From contig JYFJ02001471.1 of NCBI GenBank assembly GCA_000934665.2, forward strand, positions 62,001 through 82,823: a stretch of 20,823 nt of DNA, in the 5' to 3' direction. Positions within the stretch are counted from its first letter, which is position 1, and each line of letters begins with the position of its first letter. A program made the translations under genes and the position numbers. Below, piece after piece: positions 10,822-20,600 of the stretch. Source of the DNA: Catajapyx aquilonaris. Taxonomy: Eukaryota. Below the pieces are notes generated by a model. That model did not search any database, was not told the DNA's origin, and saw only the letters and a list, made by a program, of their open reading frames with translations.

Positions 10822-12201
10822 CTTTCACCTGAAAATGGGTTTGAACTGATAAAGCACCTTTCTAATCGTCTACCTGCAATATTTCAGTTGAGATTTTTGC
10901 TTCTAACATGTTTTGGGAAAATGAACCCGCTTTTTCAGTTGTGATTGTTGCGAATCAATTGCAATAAAATACAAGAAGCAAGACTAGAAGTGTCTGATTT
11001 TTTCAAAATTTGACTTGGTTCTAAGGCACCATTACTACATCGAAAACTACGCATAAGTCATTTATAATTTGAAAATTTTAATGCCAATTGCATGAAATAG
11101 GAATGACTCGGATTCTATATATTTCGTATAGGCATTTTTCAGTGAAATTTTTCAGGATCATAGCAAAATCAATCTTCAGCAGGCCTAGCCTTGGAATTTT
11201 AGTAATAGGTCTGTGATCACTTTGTGAAACTCTTGTTCGTGAACAAAGGCTAATACAATGAGAGTAAATCTTACTTGAAATTGCAGCTTGAAGGTGTATC
11301 ATGCCACGGCGTCTCCTAATTTTTGGTTCACAATACTCAAGTTCACAAGTTCTAATATGGGTACTTCCACGCTGCAGATATATGGCTGGTCTACACTACG
11401 CCTAGGTGACTGAAAGCCAACGCCAGGTTAATCACTGGAACAGAATTAGAAGCCATCTCATTGGTTGGGGGTACTTGAGGGGCGAAATACCTGTCGGGAA
11501 AGCAGCGATAACAAGAGTGCGTACCGATAACGACACTCATCTCTGAATTCTAGACGAATGATTCATTTTCCGGAAGATTCGTCATACGTGATATGCTCTT
11601 CTTTTTACATGCAAATACGTATCAGTATGCGCTCCGATATATGTTTGAAAATTACTTTTGCTAACCACCATAAGAAATTATGGATATTTCTGACGGGCGA
11701 GGAAATTAGTATCCGGCATTTTTCTCACTTGTTTCTACAAGAAGTTCATGATTTGATTTGACAGTTAACCAGTTAAGCTCATATGTTCGACCAAATTTTT
11801 GTTGGAATGGGCCTCCCTGGCTTGCTTTATCAACATTTTGAAGGTTTCGGTAATCTAATCTCGTCGCGTTTGCTACATTATCTTCTGGATGGGCTTTTGT
11901 CGAGAGTTACTATTTTAATTTTGCCAGCACATTATTACATAAATAGATGTGTTGCCATTTCTTACACTCATACACAGCAAGAGCACTAAGGCATTAATTG
12001 AAATTAGGCACGCCGATAGTGGCAAGAAATTTTAGACCTTGAACAATGCACGTGCATTTTGTGAGGCAATATTATTGTTATCAATAACCGATAACGCTTC
12101 TCACATCTGCCACCAAACGCGCACTATTTTAGAAAATATAAGTGGGAACCATAAGTAATCTAGCAGACAAAAACGAACGTAAATAGAATTATTCACAGCT
12201 G

Positions 12202-12207
12202 TTTATT
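12202..12207 (-). promoter_or_regulatory. Likely polyadenylation signal of the ZDHHC gene
   Basis: AATAAA on - about 50 nt after the TGA stop, in an AT-rich context. Confidence 0.55.
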
Positions 12208-12259
12208 CATAAAAAATTAAAAAGAAACTTAGATTAAGCTTTTGTAAATATTTATAACC

Positions 12260-13256
12260 TCAGGGTGTGACATCGAATTCATCCTCCAGGCCGCAGAAAC
12301 CTGAGGACTTATCCTCATCATCACTCGGAGAAACGTTCCTTTTCCTCTTGCGACACCTAAAAAGGTCTCTAATTATCGGTGCTTCAGCCTGGCCTTCAAT
12401 AAATTCCTGCGTCGTGTATCCAGATCGCACCATAGCCGCGTGGAAGAGCAGAAGAAAAGCCAGAGCGGCCGCTACCAACAGAGATCCAGGGATTGCCAGC
12501 AGGATCAACAGCAACATGAACATCAACCCGGGTGCATAGGTCAGGAATATTGCCACTCGGTAGCTTTCTGAGGAATTGCCGATGACCAGACCGGTCTGGT
12601 CGCCCTTGAGGTACCACGACAGCTCGACCGATGTCAGGACCAGGAAGTAGACGGAGGCCAGAAAGCCTGTGAACACGCACCAGAGGAACACTTTGTAGTT
12701 ACGCTTTCCCACGCAAATGTTGAGGAACACACAGTGGTGGTCAAAGCCTTCGACGCAGTGGTTGCAAGAGCGGCAGTGACGTGTACGAGGACTGGATATC
12801 TCAATCAAGCATATTCTGGAAATGTACAATTACATTGGACAATTTGTAAAATGGTTGTCGAAATACTCGTTACCTGCATTCTCCATTGTGTATGATTGGA
12901 CGTCGTGGTCCTTTGTACAGGCCTAGTGGCTTCTTGTAGATGTCAGAAGGGACGTTAGGATCGGCGGTTTTGATGAAGAAGATGGCGATGTGGAGGACCA
13001 GGTGCAGGGCCAGGATGAGTCCCAGGGGCAGGAGAAGGGGCAGCTGGTAGTATGGTCGCAGAGGAGGGACCAGGATGCCCCAGGTGAAGACGTTGAAGGT
13101 GGCGAGGATGATCCAGGTCGTGACCTGGTAGGTGTTCAGGGGCAGCTGGAGGGCGTGTCTGCGGGGGTAGAGTCTGGGGACGAAGTAGCCGTCCTTGCTT
13201 TGGGTTGACACCACGGAGCACAGGTCATCGCGTGCTAGAGTGCCGGTGCTGCTCAT
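12260..13256 (-). CDS. DHHC palmitoyltransferase, ZDHHC1/ZDHHC11-like (~312 aa, 2 coding exons)
   Basis: Exons 13256-12874 and 12815-12260, joined by a 58-nt GT-AG phase-2 intron (939 nt total). Intact Cys-rich domain [43 protein letters not shown], four hydrophobic segments and a TTxE motif (GYTTQEF). N-terminal RRHALQLPLNTYQVTTW resembles the ZDHHC1/11 'R-x-NG-W-S-x-P-x-H-x-x-Q-x-V-x-W' signature. Start taken as the first in-frame ATG. Confidence 0.9.
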
Positions 13257-13500
13257 TCGAACTGGGGTTGAGGCCACCGCACATCATGTCTACTGCAGAG
13301 GCTCTTATTTGTTTGGCATTGCTAAGATACGCACTACTTGCCCTACATTATTGCACCAATTGCACATTTGCACGGTGTGCTGGGTGTGCTCTGCAGTTGC
13401 ATATATTTTTGAGTATTTCATATGAGAGACAAGACACAGTATACCTAATGAATGCGACAAACTTATGGGCCTGGAAAAAAAGGTCACGAGAGAGGGACAT

Positions 13501-13526
13501 CCCCCCCCCCCCACACACACACACAC
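13501..13526. repeat. C12 + (AC)7 simple repeat
   Basis: Directly visible: cccccccccccc acacacacacacac. Confidence 0.9.
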
Positions 13527-14035
13527 AAGATGGTGGGTGGAATGTTGCAGTGACATGCCAATGCATTGAAATAGTAAATTAATTTTTACAGTGAAATTAT
13601 TGTATTCATACAGTACATTGTATGTAGCCTATACAGTGTAGGACAGTACTGTACAACACTGCATAGTGATATTGCTTTGGTGCATCTTCGTACTGGCAGG
13701 GCATATAATTCAGACCAGAAGGAAAACAGTGCAGTTAGTTACAGCATCTTAGGACATATCATCATCATCATTATTCCTGGCTAGAGTTACCCTGGACTTC
13801 TAACAGTAAGTGGCTAAAAAACAGAAAAAGATCGGTAATAGTAGGCTATAATAATATATATGTTATACTCTATTAGATTTGCAGAGTGGAAAGTTGTGGC
13901 GCAATGCTGGGAAGACTTTCTTCTTTAGACCAATTAGACTCAGGTCGTACTTGACCTCTCGAAGTTTTTTGGTATGTACTTGTACGATGCATGTATACTA
14001 AGCATGTGTGCTTGGTTGGCTGTCAGAAGGACTAC

Positions 14036-14050
14036 CTGATCTGGTGGGAT
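14036..14050 (-). other. Putative 15-nt Fas2 micro-exon (D-P-T-R-S)
   Basis: Long pyrimidine tract ...ttctttatttctgtctctttctcttgcAG, then ATCCCACCAGATCAG, then GTagtc. Phase 1-1 and compatible with the phase-1 donor at 14480. Confidence 0.55.
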
Positions 14051-14480
14051 CTGCAAGAGAAAGAGACAGAAATAAAGAAGGTACAGGTCAAACACTACCC
14101 ATAGAAAATTTACAACACCGACAGAAAGGGATGGGGTACAAGGTTGGAGTGCAATCAAGACAATGCAAAAAGACAAGAACAGAACAGGTCAAGAATATAT
14201 ACTACCTGTAACAAATCATTAGATATACCATGGTATGGAGACAATACCACTGATGAGACTTGAAAAGTACCTGTATAGTATTTAAAAAGTGAACAAATTA
14301 ATAACAAAAGTTGATGGCAGACCAGGTCCAAGGTATATTCTGTACCTGCAGATTATCTAATAACTATACTTGAAGTAAAATCTGATTCCATTTCAGAGGT
14401 AAGTGATAGTTTGGAAGCTAAATGTGCACATGTGGTGAAGGAAGGTTTATATCATAATTATGATTTAAGCGGATGCATAC

Positions 14481-15550
14481 CCCTCGCTGTCTTCACTATG
14501 ACCTCTCCTGGAATGCTGTATCCAATGAGGTTGTGAGCCCTAAGCTCCACCTTGTAGTGAGTCTCAGGCTTCAGATTGTTCAACTCGTAAGCAACAGTCC
14601 CAGGCTGCAACACTTCTACCTCGATCCACTGCCCCCTTGGCTGCCACACTCCAGAAATGTTCTTCACCTGCAAACCCAAGGGAATTAATATACTTTGGAC
14701 CAATCATCCCAAAAGCAAGGGGGCCAGACACTCACTGGACAGTATCCGATTAAGAACTTGTCAATAGGTTCTCCATTGTCAGGTGGGATAGTCCACCGGA
14801 GGTCATACTTGTCTGGGTATGGGGTGATGACCACCCCAGAAATGGAAGTGTGGTGCAGTATGGTGGGCTGTGCTGGTGAAGACTTCTTCGGCATTGTTCT
14901 AGACTGCTCCAGGTCCCAAGGGCCAAAGCCCACGTCATTTTCTGCCGCAAACCGGAATGTATATGTCCAAGTCGGTTCCAATCCCTCAAGAATGTAGGGG
15001 ACGTCTTCAAAGAAATGCCTCTAGGTTACTACAGTACTATATGCACGCTACTCTATTAGGATAAGGTAACAAAACACATGGACTTGATTTAAAGCTACCA
15101 ATTTATTAAATAATGATAAATACCAACCAAGTATACTGTGTGTATATTCGCATATATTATAACTTATTATAATATATGCGAATATAGAGAGTGGATATAA
15201 TTTCTGACTGAATGAATTAAAAGTTGCTGCTCAAGCCTTCTTTCTCCTTCGTGAAATGTGCGAGTCAACTATCACACCATATCACACTTTGACCGTGACT
15301 TACCCAAAGGCCACACTTTCCTCTTAGCATCTTCCCAGATCGCCCAATCCTCCTTGAACTCAACTCCATAGGCTGTGAGTGGGAGTCCACCAGTGTCATC
15401 AGGTCCAAAGAATTCAAAAGTGATGGTGGTTGGTGTCACCATGTCAAACCTGACTTGCAGCACAGAGCTGGGAGGACGAGTCTCCTTCAGACTCAAGTAG
15501 TACTTGGCCTCTCCAAACTCGTTGGTAGCTATCCACGTGTATAGATATTG
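14481..15550 (-). pseudogene. Fas2: Fasciclin-2 (NCAM family) fragment: end of Ig5 + two FN3 domains; probably a partial, degenerate duplicate
   Basis: Three in-frame exons, ~15550-15304, 15004-14736 and 14667-14481, read YTWIATNEFGEAKYYLSLKETRPP...GPDDTGGLPLTAYGVEFKE...PYILEGLEPTWTYTFRFAAENDVGFGPW...PYPDKYDLRWTIPPDNGEPIDKFLIGYCPVKNISGVW...YKVELRAHNLIGYSIPGEVIVKTARG. This closely matches insect Fas2 as I recall it. Homology is strong; pseudogene status is less sure. It rests on YxC changed to YTW, in-frame stops just upstream of 15550, and no Ig1-4 or TM/GPI exons found before the flanking same-strand genes. Confidence 0.7.
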
Positions 15551-15741
15551 CTTGAAAGGTTAACAATGTCACGTACTGCCCCTCCCTCCGCCTCAGACCT
15601 GTTTCTATTAAAGTGTCATGTACTGTACGTACCTTGTAAAATGAATGAAAGGAAGATCACTGGTAAAAGCATAATGTATGTTGCCTGCACCTGCGATACC
15701 AGTAAAAGAAGCACAAGATTACCGTTTTTATGATAGTGCAT

Positions 15742-15782
15742 TATCCCATTATGTGTTTGGGACCTTCACACATAATGGGATA
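15742..15782. repeat. Perfect 15-bp inverted repeat
   Basis: TATCCCATTATGTGT (15742-15756), 11-nt loop, ACACATAATGGGATA (15768-15782). Confidence 0.85.
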
Positions 15783-15934
15783 TTAAATACATTAATTTAT
15801 TCCATACAATCAGCTATGGAATTTTTGTCTACTATTAAATGATTAGGGTCAAAATATGCCATCGTGCCACAAACTATTTGGACCTTACCTCACTATAGTT
15901 GAATTATAAAGGCGCAGGAATTTTATGAGAATGC

Positions 15935-16760
15935 GGTAGGGGAAGGTGCCACAGAGTGACTCTCGGAGCAAAGTGAAACACCCAACTTTAATCGAGTGCT
16001 ACATGTGCCATCATGCCTGGCCGTTGTTCAGATAAGACAGTTAAGTATGTTGGGATGCATTCAGTGTACTTGGCACTCTACTACCTCAATCTGATGCTTA
16101 ACCAGACTAGGGTGCACTGTTTCCGGACCAGCTGATACACTTTCCCGGGCCTGCAAAATAAGATATGGCAAGCCACATGAGCTACTGTATTAATTTAACA
16201 ATCGCAATACATTTTTGTGTCTAAAGATTTTTGTGGGACTAAAGAAATACCGGTAGTTGGATTCAGAAAAGGGACATTTGGGGCAGAATTTGAACAGTTC
16301 AGAAATAAACTCACAAAAAGTGAAAACATTTGCATCATAGATGATTTGTATGTAATTATGTGACCTGTGCAAGTTAGTTTCCCCTATAGGTTCAATGTTT
16401 TGCAAAAAGATAACTTGAAAATATTCAGATACAATAAAGACCTAAAGTGGCACTGAATCAGTACAGTAGTTAAGAGGCTATTGCCTCCAAGATATTACTG
16501 ATAAAAAAACTTGAAGATATGGTCATTATAATGTTAAATATTGCCTCGTCAGGCTGTTCCACTTTGCCCTATACCTATGGAACAAAGTGGAGTAACAGTT
16601 GCGGGTATATGTTGATAAATTGCTTCTCTGTGGATAATTAAGAAATGCAGAGAATTTAAAAATATGCGATGTGACAGAACTTATAAGTAGGTCTATACAA
16701 CTTTGTACTATTTGTAATTAATTTTCATCAGTTTGCGAAACATCCTACTTTGCCCCTACC
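15935..16760. mobile_element. Probable degenerate non-autonomous DNA transposon
   Basis: Imperfect terminal inverted repeats GGTAGGGGAAGGTG and ACTTTGCCCCTACC. Related internal motifs (GAGCAAAGTGAAAC ~15967, GTTCCACTTTGCCC ~16556, GAACAAAGTGGAG ~16580). Inverted pair ATTCAGTGTACTT (~16059) and AAGTGGCACTGAAT (~16445). No clear target-site duplication and no transposase. Confidence 0.4.
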
Positions 16761-17422
16761 TCTGAAATTATTGAGATAACAATAAATTATTTGTTGGGCT
16801 ACTTTCATGCAGTATTTTTTAGTTTTGTAAATTTTTATTCTCAGGTATCACTATGCTTTATGCCATAATTAGTACTATTATTTGCATTGATCTTGTGAGG
16901 CTTTCCGTTTTTTGCCACTTCTAATTTTGAGCCTTCCTGAGGCAAAGAAAAACAGGGAGGAAGACTGGTGATTTGTTACCGTAGTAGAAAGTATTACACA
17001 GCAAGCCTTCGCATGTTACAATGAAAAATATTCGCATGAAATATAATTATACTGGAGAAGTTAGGAAGATATGTTATGGCGATATGTTTTGTATACCTAT
17101 TTCGCTTTGTGATTAGTTATTTGATTATTTTTTAAATACAATATCTTTTGTTCAGAGATGGGCAGAGAGGCAAATAAATACCAACACTATTATGATGGTT
17201 TAAATACTGTATGTAACTGATTAGTCGTAGGACACTGCAGCATATTGCTTTGATCTATATATTTACCTTTGGTGCAGTAATTTTTTCATAACGAAAAACC
17301 AACGAAAACTAGAAACGTTAAAAATCACATATAATAACCCAAAAAATGCGGTATCCCACTTTTTTGAACTTTCAAAATGATCCGCTAAAGGGGGGAAAAA
17401 ACTTCCATAGAGCAAGTGTCAC

Positions 17423-17428
17423 TTTATT
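17423..17428 (-). promoter_or_regulatory. Candidate polyadenylation signal for paralog B
   Basis: AATAAA on - about 220 nt after the TAG stop. Confidence 0.35.
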
Positions 17429-17650
17429 AGCAGCGGCTACACAAGCAACTACGCGTACATATTGTATTATGGAATAACGACAGTGATGCAACATGCTTAA
17501 GGGATGGATTAGTGGCATCATATTATTATTATCGAACTAATTTTTGAATTAATATTTAATGTTGTTATTGTTGGTGTCATTCACTCTATAGCACATTGAC
17601 TTACACAACGTTGAGGGTAACATTATATGGTTATTGGCTAATTAGCTGAT

Positions 17651-20600
17651 CTAGTTGCGATCAAATTTGGCACGAACATGAAGGTGCATGTCTATGTCTA
17701 TGTCGACGTCAATGTCGATGTAGTCCCCGGTCGTCGGTTCTGTTCCAGGAGTGGTTTTTGTTAGCCCTGTTGTTCCTGTTGACCACGTCTGCGTAATAGT
17801 AGTCCAGTTGCTAATGCCACATTCCATGCCTTTGTGGGTCACGACGAATGTGGCCTGTGTCGGAAATCGGCACTTGATTCGAACTGAAATCAGAGATATT
17901 AAATAATATCCACTAGATTAATATACCGTGACCAGAACATACAGTTTTTAACATTCAGACAAATTCAGGCAGTTCGGATCACAATCATGAAATCAGGACC
18001 AGCATCATACTCTATACGGTATAGTCTGTATACTTACGATCTGGGTGTTTGGTGTCTTGGCAGATATTGTCTCCTGTTGCGGTGTTGCTTGCTACTTGCT
18101 GCACAGAGAAGTAGATTGGCTTGCATCGAGTCCAGTCGTCACCGTCACACAGGTTTACAAAGGAAAAGTCCAGGTTCACATTGGCTTCCAGGGATTCCTT
18201 GCATTTGTTGGGGTTGCCTTCAAATGCCAAGGGTTTGACACGAGAAGTGCACACCTTCAGGCCAGTGCTTTTGCCTGTGAACTATTGGGAAGCAGATACA
18301 ATTAATTTCTGTGCAATGAGGGGCAAAAGTGTGGTTTAATTACTGTAATCGTCATGGAATCCGAGGTGTAAAAATTGATGGGATGGTAACGGTACAGGTT
18401 CGCCGACATTGGAGAGACGCTGTCGGCGAAAGTGTATGTACTCTCGTTATATTTGGTGTCACATTGTCTGTAAAACAACCGGCGTGGAACTGGAAAAAAA
18501 AATAACTGAGACTTTACACGAGTCCGGGTTATTTCATTTGTTGTCGAGGTATTGATGCACTTACTTTGGGCCATGACTTCCATTGCAATTGTTCGACCGG
18601 CAGGTCCTGGAGGCGAATATTTAGAAGGAGACAAGATGTCTCGATTCACATCCATTACAAAGTCATTGTAGTCGGGCCGAGATGTGTAGAACAAGATTCG
18701 CGTTTCTGCAGAGAAGCGCAAAGTGCTGTTCATCGTGCAATATTAATCGGAGTAAGACGTCTTACCAGGGAGATACATTCGGAAATTCCATATCATTCGG
18801 TTGATCCTGGTTTTATCCGCAGGAGGGTACACATCTCCTGTTGCCATGAAGAGGATGACCTTCGTGTTGGCCCCGTTGTATTTGGTAACTCTTTGCTCGT
18901 CCAGCCTTATCTCGTCGTACAAGAACTGCAGCGTATCCAGGAAACTCTTTGATGTTGTCTTTTCTAGTTAATGGACAAACAATACGGTACATTACGGAAA
19001 AACCTCGACTTAAAAATTGATCTTGCACTTACGGTAGTACAGATCATAGATCCTTTCTGCAATTTCGGCACCATTGGAGGAGTAGTTAAAAGGCATTATG
19101 TAGCTGTTGTTCTGTGTGGATATCACCGACATTTTACTTGTCCACGGCGATATGTCTAGGTTTTGAGCCAGGGATCTGTTCATGTAATGAGAGCACAGTG
19201 TCATCATTTCTCTCAAAGAACAAAGATTATGGCCAGACTTACGCAAGAAGATTTCTTTGATCGTCGAAAGAATAGGCGCTGAAATCCATGACCGCATATA
19301 AGTCGATGTTGGGGGCGTAGACGGGGTCATTGTTGCCAGGAGAATTTACGTCATGTGTGCATTTCTCTTGAGTTGGGATTTGGTACGCAGCTGTGAACAC
19401 AATAATGGTTAGAGCTTTCGTTGCAGACCAATTCGCACTCTAGCATAATATATTATTTTACTCGGGAATTGTGCAATCGAGTCAAACTTGCCGAAGTCGA
19501 TGTTTTGTTCGAACAATTACGGTCTCCTTGAAATAATTTTGCTCCAATAAATTACGCGTGTGAAATTATGAAATCTTAAATTATTAAGTTTATTTTAATC
19601 TTGATATCATGCATTTTTCGACTCAAATGACTTTACTTATTAGTTCTTAATTTTAGTGATTGACATCTAACAATCATGACAGTCGGCAACCGTAACAAAT
19701 AGAAATACTTTACCTGCGGAGGTGTTAGGAATCAGCGGGGCATAAACCGAAGCTCTACCACGGGAAAGTAAATATCAAACTTACTGACGAAGGCTTTCAT
19801 CGCTCTCAGAGAATCCTTGAATAGATTCCGGCTTGCATTTCCGTCGATGATGTTACTGTAGTTGGTGTTGAGAGGATCCATGAAACTGACTCCCTGAAAT
19901 AATAAAATATTTATAAGTTGGATGACCGCAATTATAATAGTCTGTGAAATTTGGTCTTACACTATCTATCAATGGGTTAGTAACAATTTTCTGCAAATTG
20001 GTGAAACGATCACATGACCTGATGGTAGGATCACGATTCATTCCTATTTCAGAATAGTACATGTCCAGGACTTGAGACAAAGTAAAAGTTGTTCCTTGAT
20101 TCCATTCCCGTAACTTCAACCCCAGAAGCAATCCTGAAATGCAAGGAAGGAATTAACGAGTACTGAAATTATTATTCCTCTGACGTCTCTGAGTGATTAT
20201 GAATGATTTTTAAATACGATTCATTTATTAAATCTAATAATAATAATTCATACCCCGTTATCAGCCATCGGCTCTTTAGGGGGGAAGTTTGTTTTGGCTG
20301 GAACTCTTTGCTTTCATTTTACTGTGCTCATTGGGATAGGATAGGGACGGAAGGAAGCGGCTGTGGCCTATTAATTACGGAAGCAACTCCGGAATTTCCC
20401 TGGAAGGACCTTGGGAAACCACAGAAAACCACGGTCAGAGTTGCCGGTCCCGGGATTCGAACCCAGGACCTCCCGATTAGCAGTCGGACGCCTTATCCAC
20501 TATGCCAACCTGCTTCGGTCATTTATTAAATATTAGTATTAGACCTACATTAATACTTGGAATGTGACATCTTACCATCAATCGCCCCCCTGATCCTGGC

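Noticed and set aside
10980..11340. Possible transposon fragment upstream of paralog A
   Set aside because: Composition is suggestive, but I could not find paired termini or a target-site duplication.
13225..14050. Fas2-ZDHHC fusion protein via splicing to the acceptor at ~13293
   Set aside because: A phase-1 join enters the uORF frame and stops at 13225, out of frame with ZDHHC.
20440..20518. tRNA gene on the - strand (A and B boxes present)
   Set aside because: No proper acceptor stem, and it continues into a SINE body, simple-repeat tail and 13-bp target-site duplication. It is the head of a SINE.
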